From Bugula neritina (lineage: Eukaryota > Animalia > Bryozoa), in contig OZ037773.1 of assembly GCA_964035545.1 (NCBI GenBank), forward strand, positions 711,751-775,750: 64,000 nucleotides of DNA, written 5' to 3'. Position numbers and translations under genes: made by a program. Positions 14,053 to 42,398 of this stretch are shown one piece after another. The notes below the pieces were generated by a model, which had not been told where the DNA came from, made no database searches, and saw nothing but the letters and a program-made list of their open reading frames with translations. How positions within the stretch are numbered: the stretch's first letter is position 1; the number at the start of each line of letters is the position of its first letter.

Positions 14053-14105
14053 AAAACAAACTCCAAAATAATGAGAATACGGGAGACTCCAAAAGAACAA
14101 GATGA
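14053..14105 (+). other. Probable cytoplasmic-tail exon of the Ig receptor (ENKLQNNENTGDSKRTR*), out of reach because of the upstream TAA
   Basis: The acceptor tcatttgcag at 14043-14052 is phase-compatible with donor AAA G|gtatgt at 12948/12949; the frame is open to TGA at 14103-14105. Confidence 0.55.
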
Positions 14106-14721
14106 GAGTTCAACTGTTTTTTACAGATACATTAGCTATTGATAAAATCTCTCTCCTCACTAAACTCCTCACTCAACTCCTCACTAAAGAAACAAAAAAG
14201 ATATTAGGTGTTGTGACGTTTTCTCTTCTAACTGCCAAATTTCTTTATACTATGAAATGCATTTAGAATTTGAAGTTTTTACTCTGTAGATTATTTAGCT
14301 ATTGGAACTAATTGATTTTTATGATGATTTGCTTCAATTTTCACTTTCTTTGTTTCATTGCACATAATGTTCAAAATGACTACAATTTCATTTTACTTTC
14401 TGTACTCAAAAAAAGATCGAGAAATTGTTAACAGTTTTATGCATATCACAATACAAACACTTTTATTTAAAACTCATGAAAAAGTACCTACCAAAATTGA
14501 AGTTGGAATCATACAATCGAGCACTGAAATCCATGTTAAACAAGGTTTTCAAAAATATCTAAGGAGTACTTTGCAGATTTGAGAGATCTGCAGGACAATA
14601 TATAGCATACTGAAAATTAGCAAAGATCATGGTAACTAAAATTAAAGTAATAATTATTTTTGTAAAAATACGTAAACAGATTAACAGTTGATGAAAGTTA
14701 ATGCAGTGAGTGTGTTTGGTA

Positions 14722-14724
<3 letters not shown>

Positions 14725-14811
<87 letters not shown>

Positions 14812-14816
14812 ATATA
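14725..14816. repeat. (TA)n microsatellite
   Basis: Direct reading. Confidence 0.98.
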
Positions 14817-15050
14817 CTTAATAAAACTGTTATTGAGCTTTTTTATCAAAACAAAACTAAATTATTTATACAAAACAAACCATCAAAGAAAATAAAAATA
14901 CATTTCAGAACCCCACAAAAAGTAACAGGGAACAAAACAAATAGAAATTGTATAATTTAGGATGAAGAAAAATCAAACTAAATTATATATTGTATGCAGA
15001 TAAACTAGTTTAATAAAAAAAGTGTACTCATGTTATAAACTCTTGAAACC

Positions 15051-15120
15051 AACCCCCACTGGGATTGGAACCTAAGACCTCCAGTTTGCAAGCAAGTGCT
15101 AACCACTACACCACATGGAC
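15051..15120 (-). mobile_element. tRNA-derived SINE head or tRNA pseudogene (Ala-like)
   Basis: Minus strand shows an A-box-like TGGTGTAGTGGTTAG, an anticodon-loop-like CTTGCAA and a B-box-like GGTTCCAATCC. The acceptor stem is poor. Confidence 0.5.
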
Positions 15121-15496
15121 GACTGAGTAGGCTTAATACCGCACATGCATATGTATATACACACGCACACATGAGAATATATTATGTTATCATACCAAAA
15201 CTTCATTAATGAATAATATAATTGTTAGTCAGTAATAAGACGAAATATATCCTATATAAAATAAAAACAGTCAACAAAACAGTTACCTATATCAAATATG
15301 AAAATAATTCGCAATGCTGAAAAGAATTATTCAAGCATAAGTTACGATAAATTATATCATAAAAAATTATTCAAGCGTAAAAATCTTTAAAAAGGGCAAT
15401 ACCTTTATGCATTCTTGTTACTAAAAGTATAAAGTTGATGATTATCTCCTCTCGTTTCAATGATATTTTAGTTGCAGGCAACTGTTTGACTTCAAA

Positions 15497-29876
<14,380 letters not shown>

Positions 29877-30489
29877 GAAAACTGCTCTATTCAGTCACTA
29901 GTACCTGACATTGTTAGACAGGTTCAACAAAAAAATAGCCACAACAAAACCAACATTCTACATTTTTATGGTTTATGAAACATCTCATCTAAAAACTAAA
30001 ACTTAATTTTAATATCTTAAATTGTTTGTAGGCAGGATATCAGTCATATCTAAGACTTGATAATGCTCTCACAATTTATACCAACATTTATCATCGCATC
30101 ATATTGCATGATTCATATCAATTATTGTTTCATTTACCACATCTATAACCTTATCATACTACACAATCACACTTGCTCCAGCTGAATGCATTAAAGAAGA
30201 TATAGGTGCAGTAATGAAGACATTGAGAATGGCCTGTGCTCTTGATTAAAAATGTAGCAGCAGGAGTTATGCACTCCCCCTTTGCAAAATTTTAACCTGT
30301 GCCCCAAATCAAAATTTAATAATAGAATTAAAGAACTTAGACCATGTCTATTTCTCAACTACTGCTCCAGCTGAATGCATCAAATGACTAATTATTTTTC
30401 TGAGCAGCTATCTATCACCATAGAGTTTGTTAGGTTAACAGCAGCTATTTATTCTATTGTTACAGGTAATAATTCAATGAAAGGGTCAT

Positions 30490-32293
30490 AAACTACCTAT
30501 AGAGCATGCTTTAGCACAAAGTCTGGCTAATAAGAGTATTCTCCATAGAGGCAGAACACATTAGTATAATGCTGCGGGATGTGCACTTGGAGCCGTCGAT
30601 GTGAGAAAACTTGCTCACACCGGCAACACCGGGCATTGTACAGTCCACAATAGGTCTCCTCTATGAGCCTTCTTGCCTTGGGGCTAGTGCAATGCTGCCT
30701 CGAGCTCAAGACTCAGGGCATTCCATCTCGTCGCCATACTCCATTGTCGGTACCCTCTTCGCTAAGGATGGCTGATCTTCCCAAGCGGATAGTTTTATAT
30801 CCACAGATTTAGAGACAGGCGCATTCGTGTTAGCTGGAAGGTCCAAATCGGGCAGACCCTGGGATCTCTGACTAGTGAAAGCCATATTAGTGCACTTCCT
30901 CCTGGAGAAAGGGTCCCATTCAACATTAGAATACGTCTCTGTGTCAGGTGGGAAGTTAGAATTCAGACAGACTCTGGTCTTTCTGGCTGGTGGAAGCTTT
31001 GTTAGTGTTTTACTCCCTTACAACAGGTAGCGCAGGTCGATACAGATCGTTGTCCCGAGTAGAAGAATTATCATTCATGCTGTATTGATTATCATTTATA
31101 CCAAATTGATTATCATTCATACCGAATTGATGATCCACCATGTCAAATTTTGGCATTGCTTTATATGGAGCCTGCTAGAACACGGAGAGCCTACAATCTG
31201 GGAGGGAGAGTGACCAACCTGACTTCCTGATCTAACAGGCAGTTTTAAGGGCTCCTCCCTTCCCGCTCAGCAGAAGCACTTATGCACCCCAGCAGTTCTT
31301 CTGTCTTGACTCTACTTAGAGACTGTACCTCTGCATTAATAAAGTCAGGGTTGGACTCCGATACTAAAGGTTGCGATCATAATAATGTACCTGGATGCGG
31401 GTCTCAGTCATCATCAGTACCCAGGGCATTAGTTTCAACTACCATGATTAAATCCGTTGAGTCAAGAGTTCACTTGGGTCCATGATTGAGTTGCAAATGA
31501 CCGGACCTTATGTTGAGGGGTGGTCGCGTGAGGTTTTTTCAGTTATGTGACCTGACATCTACCTCTCCGATTTTTGAAGAGGCAATTCCAAAATTCAGGG
31601 TTGGTTTCCTTGAGCCTGAGGAAGACTCCCAGTCTGATTGACTCTGTTCGTCCCCTCATATTCTAGTCATAGACTTCCTCGGATCCTGAGATGGCAAGCT
31701 CGCATTCTTGCGGCCAGGCTGCTTTCCCTCTTAAGGCAGGTCAGCTCAAGAAACTGCCCAGCAGCATCGGGACTAGCGCAAAACGGCTTCAGCCGCTACT
31801 CGCTCTGGACAGAGATCTGGCCAGAGCGTGACACACGGTAGGTATACTTGGGGAGAACTTCCACAACACAGTAGGGTCCAATAAACTTGTACTGAAGTTT
31901 AGCGGAGCGTCAGCGGCGCCTTCAGTGGCTGATCATCCAAACGAAATCCTCGACTCGAAACAGCAGGAGTTCCTCCTAATCTTCCCCGTGCACCTTCAAA
32001 CGCTTCTCCCGCAGAATCTCGTAAGCCATCTGCAGGAGGTCCATCAGTTTCTCCACGTACTCATGTATGAACCTTGGCGCAGGAACATGATAGGTCGGGT
32101 GATTCGGAACCAGGATCTCCCGGTCGAGCATCAAAAGGTTGGGGGTCTCCAGTGTACTAGAGTGTGGTGTACTATAGTGTGCACACATGACTTGCGGCAA
32201 CACTACATCCCATTTTTCTTGGCTTTTACCTACGAGCAGGCTTCTCAAAGCTTCACCCAACATCCTTATGTTCCTCTCCACGACTTCGTTCAA
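30490..32293 (-). mobile_element. Decayed Gypsy fragment (integrase C-terminus, GPY/F region and zinc-finger accessory ORF), related to the other two elements
   Basis: NEVVERNIRMLGEALRSLLVGKSQEKWDVVLPQV at 31976-32293; KFIGPYCVVEV near 31880; CCRCEQVFSHRRLQVHIPQHYTNVFCLYGEYSY at 30527-30630. No LTRs found. Confidence 0.88.
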
Positions 32294-34223
32294 GAATCAA
32301 GAAAAACTGAACAAAGAAAACTACGCAAATAGACTGACTATAATAGCGATGTTAAACCTTAAAATCTACTACAGTAGTAAACTCAGAGCAACTGGTACTC
32401 TGTAGTACTAGCAGTGAAATGGCATTATTATAATTATTAGAATTACTATGAGTATTACTATAAGCATAAGTATTACCAAATTAGTATTTTTACTAGTAAT
32501 AGTATAAAGTTCAAGTATGAGTATTACTATTAGTATTATTATTATAATTAATAATTACTAGTATTAATAGTGTTACTAATAGTAATACAAATAACTAATA
32601 GTTATTCTCATAGTAATACTAACAGTAGCAGTAACACAAATACTAATAGAAATAGCAATAGTTATAGTAATACTAATAGTAACTGTAATGGTAATACTAA
32701 TACTAATATTAATAGTTATATTATTTATAATTTAGTAATATCATTTATTATGTTATACAACTAAGACTGTTTAAAATTTAAACTTGTGTGGTTACTAGTG
32801 TTACAGGTATCAGCATGATGTATGATGGCAATGGATGCACGGGTGTTACGCTGCAGCAAAAATAAATGTGGTAAAAAATGCAACATCGGCGGTCAAAGAC
32901 ACCGAAAACTGCACACAGTGCCGGTATCAAGCAGAATGTCAACGGGTATTCCCCAAAGCTAGCCATGAGAGCAAAATTGTTTGCATTGTTGCTTAGATTT
33001 ACCGGATGTAATCGCCAGATTAGCGTCTAATTTGACAAATTAGCCAATCAAATAGTAAATGTCGAGCCAGCCGACTGCATATAGAACAACCCCCATCAAC
33101 TGCCAAATTGCGCTCGAAAATAATAATATTATACTTAACTCTTCTGATTTTATAATTAAAATAAAACACGCAACTCTTATTAAGTTATTTGTAAGTCAGA
33201 AATGGTGTTGCTGTGCTGGTAGCAGTTCACTGGTTACGATTCACTAAAACTTTTAGTGAATCGTAAGAGTAAAAGTAAGAGTATTAGAGACTTACTCTTA
33301 CTTTTATTTTTCATAAGTTTTGTGCCTAGCCCTAGGCTTATCAAATTAAATATCATAATCATAATGATATTGATAATCATAATGATAATCGCATTCATTA
33401 TCATTATGATAAAGTAAAACTAATTATGATTGTGATGAACCATTATGAGTATGACTATTACGATACGTATAAGTATAACAAGAAGTGAATAACTATGGTA
33501 ATAACATTACCATTACTAAATACTATCGGTATTACTATTACTATTAGTATTAGTGATATTACTATTAGTATTACTATAGTATTAGTATTACTATAACTAT
33601 TACTATTAGTATTAGATTTAATAGTCTTAGTATCAGTATAACTATAAGTATTGCTATATATAATAGACAATGACCATTTCATCAATAACTTTCTGAGTCA
33701 ATGCCCTTCTGGAAGATATCTAACCATCAAATATAGAGGGGCATGGGGCAGAGATAGCTTCTTGCGACATTTTGTAAATACTTTAAATGAGCTTTTATTT
33801 TAAATAATCCAACAGAGTTTTGATTTTTTTTCTCTTATTTTTGTTCATTCCTACTTATTATAGCCAGTATTTACACTGAATTTTGCAACGTGTTGTCATG
33901 TTTGTGATATGTAATAAATCAATCAATCAATCATCAGTCATGACTATAACTATAAGTATAACATTACCTAATAACTGTATAAAGCTAAGAGTAAGAGTAA
34001 GTCAAAGTGACTGTAAGTGTAAGTCACGAGATCAAATGATAGTGATAGTGATAAAATTAGGCAAGAGTAAATATTATTATAATATTGCTGGTAGTATAAC
34101 ATTAACTGTTGTTTTATATTAGTATAATTTACTAGTACTAATAGTAATGCTATTAATATATAAAAGATACAAGTCTTCCCAAGACCCATACCTACTGTAA
34201 AAATACAAGACAGATCAACGGCT

Positions 34224-36146
34224 CTACCAACGATCTTGTAAGCTGGCTAAAACGACATACATATCTCTGACAATAAATGAGCCTTTGGAAAAGGGAAACT
34301 CAAAGCTCTTCTTCCCGTATATAAAGTCATTATCATCTAACAAAAATGAGTTGTTAAGGTTGCTTGAAAACGATAACCTAATTGAAGATCCAGTTGAAAT
34401 TGCCAATTTTTTAAATTCCTTTTTCCAGGCACAATTCACTAAAGCTCACGCTCTCTTACCTGAGTCCTTTTGTTGTATAAATAATGCCAAAGACAAACCC
34501 CCATAGTCATTTCATAGCCAATCTAATACTTAATATTAAAAAAGGAAAAGCAGCTGGACCTGATGGGATAAATGACACGCTATTAAAGCTTGACCCAGAG
34601 TTATTTGGTCAATGTTTTTCAAAAATAATTAACCTTTCCATTCGATCAGGTACTGTTCCTGTTGGCTGGAAATCCTCAAATGTCACTCCGGTTATCGAAT
34701 CTGGTAACAAAAGCAGCGTAATAAATTACAGACCCATATCCCTGACAGGCATACCATGCAAAATAGCTGAACACATACTGTTACGTGCCCTGAATCATGA
34801 ACTGGACGACATTTTATCATCACGTCAGCATGGTTTCAGGGCTGGCTTATCGTGTGAGACTCAGCTGGCATTGACTTACCACGAAATCGCTAAAATGGTT
34901 GATTCCAAAAACTCTGTCCATGCCCTAATCCTTGACTTCCGTAAGGCATTTGATGTTGTCCCTCACCATCTACTCATTCAGAAAATGATTAACAACAGCA
35001 TCTCACCCTATACCATATCTTGGATCAAAGACTTTCTTACCAATCGAACTCAAAGAGTTGTTCTGCAAAACTGCTTTAGCGAAAAAGTGTTGGTTACCTC
35101 TGGTGTACCCCAAGGATCGGTCATTGGCCCCAAACTTTTTTATTGTATATTAACGACCTGCCTGATTGCCTCTCCTGTAATGTTAGTTTATTTGCAGATG
35201 ATGTCATCATTTTTACATCTGTAAATAACTCAAGTGACTCTGAAAGTTTTCAAAAGGACATAAACAACTTAATGAATGGTCTATAAAATGGGGCATGAGT
35301 TTCAATATTAAAAAGACCCAACTAATGATCTTCTCTAAAAGATCAAATTTTAATGGTACCCACACTCTCGCAGGAGAAAAAGTTAGTGAGGTTGAAGAGG
35401 CCAAATATCTAGGCGTCATTATACAAAATAATCTAGTTTGACAGACATATAGAGCAAAAAGTTAAAAAGGCCTCTCAGATCCTGGGGTTGATAGGGCGAA
35501 CACTATCAAACTCGCCGCGTAAAACAAAATTACTTGCTTTCACTTCCCTATGCTGCCCCATACTTGAGTATGGATGCCAGGTATTTGACCCTTATACACA
35601 GAAACCTATAAATAAAATCGAGGAAGTTCAAAATCTGGCTATCCGATTTATAGGAAACTTAAAAGGCCGTACTGACAGTGTGTCAGAGACCTGAGAAAAA
35701 TTAGACCTCAGCACTCTGGAAGTCCGTGGTAGCGAGTTGAGAGTGAAGCTCTACAAGAAAATGGTTGGTAGCCCGACAGATTTTCACTAAATTCTTGGAA
35801 GAGAACACCAATCTTGTAAATACTAAGGTAACCACGTGTTTTCAGTCACAGAAATTGGTAACATCACTCTCTTCAAATCCTGGCCTATTTTATCATAGCT
35901 TCCTCCCTAGAACAATCAGGGACATTAGACTTGAAGTCGATGTTGAGCAGACTGCTCACTTTTGTTCCCATTGAGCGTCCCTACCATTGCTTTCTTTTAA
36001 TAGACCTCTATATCAATGCATTTTATTTTGCTTATACATTAAAAAATTTAAAAAAAAATGCCATTATAGTAACTCGATCTTTGAGGCTTGCACGATGGTC
36101 CTACGGGATCCGCTGCAGGATCTACTTCATACAGATACAGATACAA
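34224..36146 (+). mobile_element. 5'-truncated, frameshifted non-LTR retrotransposon (CR1/L2-group-like RT)
   Basis: KAAGPDGI, NYRPISLT, QHGFRAGLSCETQL, LDFRKAFD, GVPQGSVIGP, frameshifted LFADD, KYLGV; 3' tail (ATACAG)n at ~36129-36146. Confidence 0.9.
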
Positions 36147-37162
36147 TATTATTATAGGTTAAATATTAGTACGAATACCATCACCATGAGTATTACAACT
36201 ACAACTATTTAAATTAATATAACTATAAGTATACCCCTATGGCTATACTATCATTTAGCTTAGGCTTACTGTTAGTGTAATCATTATACTCAGTATAACT
36301 TTAGGGAGTATAGCTGAGTGATCGAGTATAAGTATTACGGCAACTATAAGTTAACTACTAGTAATTGTTTAATGGATTTTAAAGTTTTAGCAATTATATC
36401 GCGTCATTATTATAATTGACTTAGTGTAACTTTTCCAATGCTGTTAAATGTTGTAATTATAGCTAGCTCTTAGTGTAGTGAATAGCGTAATGATTGTTTG
36501 TTTATAAAATACTGTAATAGTTTTTGTTGAGTTGTATTCCCCGCCACTTTTTTTTGTAAATAATCTTTGTAAGCCAAAGTTCGGAGCCCGGAGGCACGAC
36601 TTTGGAAGGGCCTGTCCGATTTCGGACAGATCCTTCCAAATTCGGCAAACCGAACTCCAAATCTCGGCCGAGCTACGGACGCCCTAAGTGGCGGGGAATT
36701 TTAATGGTATATAAGTGGGAGGATACCAGTGCTAACTCAAACTCAAATGACCTATTGTATTTGCCAATCACTGCATTTACATTACTTTGAAAGCATGGGT
36801 GCTCGTACAGATGAATTATTATTACTAAATATTTCTAGCTATATACTAATATACGTTTATATTTTACTAAATGTGGCAGATATCAATGCAGTCATGTCAG
36901 TCATGAGAAGATTATAAAGGATTCATCCCTCTTGTTTGGCTCAACCCCCAGATGTGTTGTACTTAGTCACCCTTTAGTGAGTGTTTTTCCAGTTTTTAGA
37001 AGAAAAATAGATAATTTTCTTCACTTTAAACAAGTTGGTATTTTAATTTATCTGAAGTCAGTTGGTTATTACTTGTTTAATTTTTCTCGCTTATCATATT
37101 GACCGTAACAAAACTTTCACATACTGATGTTTGCAGGGACAAGATTAACGATTCTAGCAGTA

Positions 37163-38062
37163 ATGAGTGGAAAGGACAACTCCAAGACATGTGGCTGTCT
37201 TTCCAGAGATCTCTTTCCTACTAAGTTTAGTCTCTTCATTTTCCTTCTCTACATGGTGTTATTTATTAGTCAGGGTGGGTACTGCTGACTGCACTTTCTG
37301 CATCCCATGAAAATAAATACAACTGCATATCATATTTTCTCTACCGTCACTCAGAATCCAACTTCAAAATTATATTGTAATATATTATAAACAACATATT
37401 TATACACACAAATATTTTAAAACAATTTAGTTGAAAAATAGTATCTGACACTCAATTTTATCGCGAGATGAAAACTTGCATGTCATTTAGACTATAAAAA
37501 TACTCTATAATATCAGTTCTGTTGCTGCGTTGGGGTGTATAATTTTAGCCAATAACTGATCATTATAAAGTACTTGGCAGAAATAGAATCAAACACTAAC
37601 AGATTTTGTCATGAAAATATTAATTTTGTGATTAATATACAATTCACAGCTTTGACTGAAACTGTATGATAGTGTGATATTTCAACTTGTGTAGAGACTT
37701 CTTTATTGCAGGTATCTTGGTGACAGCCTCAAAGCAAGGTAGTGGCTATGCATACAACACGACTATAGCAGTGTTTCTCACAGAATGTGTGAAGATAATA
37801 GCAGCTCTAGCTATGTACATTAAGGAGTGAGGAGTAGAACTAATAGTACCGTGTATATGTTATATAATACCTTAGTTAGAATATGACTGATGTTTGATGT
37901 GTTTATTGGAATGATTGCATGCTGTACTTTATGGGGTGTGCATCTATGAATAGCACTTATCTACAAGTAGAGTTTATCTATAGTGCATGTCATTTAGTCA
38001 ACATGTTGCATGCCAATAAATTGATCCAATGACAATTAACTTAGACATTTTAGCCTATATGT

Positions 38063-38095
<33 letters not shown>

Positions 38096-41000
38096 GTATG
38101 TATATATATACAGTATGTATATATATGTATGTATATATATATATATATATATATTGCACTATACAGTTTATCATACTGTACTGTGTTATGTGTGCCATAG
38201 TATGCTACATACATTATATACACTGTACTATATTATATACACTCTACTATATTAGATACACTATACTATAATATTATATACACTATACTATGTTATATTT
38301 TAGCACAGGAGTTTCTCAACTTATTCCAGAAGCTAAGAAGCATATTAAAGGTAGGTGAGGGTTTGATGTTACTCTATAGACAAAGTGTGCTAACCTTGGG
38401 TCAAGTTAACGCACTACTGGTATTGCAGATGTTTTCAATAAACAGTCAACACGCACTTAGGTTTTCACTACTAAATTAGCTGTGGCGAAATAGTAATTTT
38501 TGAGAGTTGTCTTTCGATATTTTAAAAAAATAAGTTTATAATATTTTGTCTACAGTACACACACACACACACATGCTACTATTTACATTGGCTTGGGGGC
38601 CATCCATAAATTATGTCACACTTTATTCAGCACTTTTTGACCCCCCCTCCCCCCCCCCTTGTCACAAAGTGTCACGCTTATATGACCCCCTCCCCCCATG
38701 TGATGTCACACAGATTATGTAAACGCCCTTTTAAGATTAAATACTCCATACAAAAAGTACTGATTGAATGGTTTATGTTTAGTAATGATTACAGGCACAA
38801 AGTTCAATATTTATGAATGCAACTTTTTAAGAACCTAAATTTATTCAGTGTATCATTATTATCCAATGACAAGAAAATCATAAACATTATTGAAACCATG
38901 CTTGATTTAATAAGGCAGGTCATAAGTTCTGGCCTATAACTGCTATTTTTACTGCCTCAGTGGTATTAAAGTTCCACTAGAGCATGAAGTCTGTTTTTCA
39001 ACATCATAATAGTTAGTTCTGTGGCCCATTCCTGGACTGAATGAATGATGGGTAGGGAATCTACAGGGATTGCAAGATCTTTTTGAACACTTGAGGTAAT
39101 AGTATCCAAATCCTCCTCATCGATCCTCTTTGAAACCTCAACAAATTTTGCACCTGTATGGAGTTTGGTGTGGCTAGATTTTGCTTTCTGACTGGGAAAA
39201 TACATCCCACAAACCGGGCAAATACGGGGTTGTAATTTCCCAATCAGTGATGGACAGTACAGGTCAAATGGAAATATTTTGAATGTCTTTGCACATTGTG
39301 GGAGGATTGCTGATAAAGCGATTCGGGAAAACAGGGATCCGTAGTGTGAATCTATTAAGGTTTCGTCTGGCTCAGGAGCCACCAAACCATGCCTTGTTTG
39401 TTTGACTGGTACAGGAGGTGGTATGAACCTTCCAGGCAGTATGGCACGAATACTGCTTCGGTATGGCCTACAACAGGACTGATCATCACATTTTGTGATC
39501 TGCAAGAAATACTGGCTTTGGAGAAGATGTTTTTCTTTCCAAGTTTCAGAGAGTTCATCCCACATATCTTCTGTGTCTTCTGGAGGGACATAGACAGCGA
39601 TGACAGGATTACTGTCAATTACTGTTTTTGACCATATTTCAGCCAGAGTCTGACCAGCCATGGCAAAATTCTTTATTTCTAGGTCAGGGTCAATTGTAAG
39701 TCAAATATAAGTCTGTAACTATACTGGTGACCTATATTCCTGGCATGACATGAACCACACTAATGGTTACATTATATAGGTCACAGGTGCAGAGGTCAAG
39801 GAGTGGGATTTTTGCTAATTGGTCTGGGGAGGGGGGTCTGTTTTTATTGTGCTTTATATTGACAAAAAATACATGTATTTGATGTTTTATGTTCAGTATT
39901 AATACATATCTGAAATATTTTGTTTTGGTAAAATATTTGAAAATGTGACATCACACATATCTACCCTCCCCCCCTCCCCCCTGTCACAAACTGTCACACA
40001 TGAGGGTACCCCCTCCCCCCCCCCCTTGAGCGTGACATAATTTATGGATAGCCCCTTGTGTAGTACTCAAGCACCATGTTTAACTAATCCACGCTTATTC
40101 ATCAGAGTTGTCTACTTTTGTTTTGCTTTTCCTTTAGTAACCTGCTATAGTAAGGGGCGTACTAGTACCGCCCGCCATGTACTAGGCAGTGTCACTCAGC
40201 TACCTTACTATATGTTACAGTGTGTCTGCTGTACTTTGTCCCTGCTGGACTCTACACAGCCTATAATAACCTCAGCTTCGTTAACCTCCAACACTTTGAC
40301 CCCACCACCTATTTCCTGCTGCTTCAGTTCAGAGTTGTGGTCACCGGCATCATATTTCAGGTTGGTTTATTGACACCTTTTTTACCTGTACCTATCTCTC
40401 TGGTCGTTCATATCTCTATGGTTATTCATATCTCTATGGTTATTTATATCTCTATGGTTATTTATACTTCTATAAATATAACACACACCTCTACATACCG
40501 CCACACTAGTTCTAGATTCTGCTAAGTAACTCCTACCACCTGGCTGTTTTTGTGTAAATAATAACTAGTTTGAGGTTCACCCAGTATCTAGCTGAAGGGT
40601 ATGTGTGTTTGGCAAATACACCCTCCCTGCATTGCATAGTATATTTATTGGAACAATATGGCAATGAGTAATGATACTCTCAGATTTTCTCATGATACAA
40701 TGGAGACAACCCCTAAATCTAGTTGAGATGCTAGCAGACAACTTTTCCAGCCTGAGGGAAGACAACTTCCCTTGTTGCAGCTATATACCTTTGCTCCTCC
40801 CTTATTTCACTAGGCACACCCACTTCTACTTCCTTTGGTTATGATAGATCTTTTCTCTGTAAATCTAATCTCTAGAAATTAAGTGTTCACAATGCTCTCT
40901 ACAGGTACTATTCAAGAAAAAATTGTCTCAAATGCAATGGATCTCATTGATAATTCTGACAGCTGGCTGCATACTCAAGGAAGTAGGTCACACGCTGTCT

Positions 41001-42398
41001 AGCTCTTCTACACCCGCTGACGGGCAGGTTGGCAGTGACAGCAGCTTCCTTTCCAGGTAGCTGGGATGACACCCTGTGTATTATATTATGTTCCTTTATC
41101 TCATTTAGCAGCTACAGCTGTATGTACTGTTATATTCTAATATCTATACTATATTACTTCACCACTGTTCTATTCTAATATCTATACTGTATTACTCCAC
41201 CACTGTTCTATTCTAATATCTATACTGTATTACTTCACCACTGTTCTATTCTAATATCTATACTGTATTACTCCACCACTGTTCTATTCTAATATCTATA
41301 CTGTATTACTCCACCACTGTTCTATTTTAGCATGCTGAACGTACACCTGTTGTTCATCATGATACAAGTTTTCTCCTCCTGTTTTGCCGGAGTGTACAAC
41401 GAGTACCTCCTCAAGGACACGGGTGCTGAGGTACACGTTATGCTGCAGAACATCTTCATGTACGTCGACTCTATCATATGCGGTCTGCTAGTTCTCTTCT
41501 ATCAGAATCCCTCCCAGGTGTTCACTGTGCAGGTACGTGGCTCTTCCAGTTTCTCCTATTTCCTGTCTTTGGTGTGCCAGAGTATTACTTCTGTTATCTT
41601 ACAGTCAAACTTGAACATTACTTAAACATTTGAGTCATTTTTTCTCCTCAAACTGTGTTCACAAAACTATAATTTTGTGTCTTTTAGCTGTTGCTTGTAT
41701 TATGAGGGGCTGACACCCCCCCCCACCCTTAATCTGATGACTCACAGTCCACTTTCAACTCTTTGCTATACATCTGAAATACCATGTAATATTATACCAG
41801 CATAACAATATATAACAGTATATGTGTCAGTGTGTATAATAGCATATAACAGTATAATAATAGCAATATATCATAGTGATACCAGTATATATAGCATTAT
41901 ACAACAGTGTATGAAGGGATAGAATAGTGTATAACAGTATATAACAAAGTATGTAACAATGACAAACTTTTATGTAGTTGTGATTAGATACTGTGACTTT
42001 GTATTCGTATCTTTAATAACTGGATTATACTCTATACACTCAAGGTCAAATGAAAGTCATACATTGACATGCTGTTGCAGGAATTCTCCAAGGTGATAGC
42101 CAACCCCAGAGTCATCATCATTGTACTCAACAACGCTGCCATTGGGGTGACAACTTCTCTCTTCCTCCGCTCTCTCAACTCCATACTGAAGACATTTGCC
42201 AGCGCCCTAGAACTCATGTTCACGGCTGTTCTCTGTTGGTTCATCTTCGGTATCGCCGTAGACGTATACACCGTGGTGGCTATAGTTGTGGTCAGTGCTG
42301 CCACCTTCCTCTATGCCAGGAATCCTGTCGTCAATCAGGGCAAACTGGCAGCACAGCCAGCTGCCGACTCTTCGCTCACCAGTGTTACTGCCAAGTGA
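37163..42398 (+). CDS. senju: SLC35A-family nucleotide-sugar transporter, Drosophila senju-like UDP-galactose transporter, ~361 aa
   Basis: Exons 37163-37274 (DLFPTKFSLFIFLLYMVLFISQG), 37712-37826 (YNTTIAVFLTECVK), 38304-38350, 40221-40360 (VPAGLYTAYNNLSFVNLQHFDPTTYFLLLQFRVVVTG), 40905-41056, 41331-41532 (SCFAGVYNEYLLK) and 42081-42398 (LNSILKTFASALE). Phases are consistent; total 1086 nt. Confidence 0.92.
38596..40055 (-). mobile_element. Internally deleted TIR DNA transposon, probably Zator superfamily, in senju intron 3
   Basis: TIRs GGGGCCATCCATAAATTATGTCAC / GTGACATAATTTATGGATAGCCCC with subterminal TGTCAC repeats; 3-bp TSD TTG. It retains a transposase-like C-terminal ORF at 38966-39661 (AGQTLAEIW...QSQYFLQITKC..CC...FDLYCPSL...CPVCGMYF...H). 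The superfamily call rests on GGGG termini and the 3-bp TSD. Confidence 0.75.
41133..41330. repeat. 38-bp minisatellite ending at a senju splice acceptor
   Basis: Unit TATTCTAATATCTATACTGTATTACTCCACCACTGTTC, ~5 copies. Confidence 0.93.

Noticed and set aside
32778-33250. CpG-richer island flanked by (AAT/TAG)-rich tracts, a possible RLR promoter or non-coding first exon
   Set aside because: Plausible by analogy with FAM177A1 intron 1, but no convincing donor site or TSS could be fixed from sequence alone.
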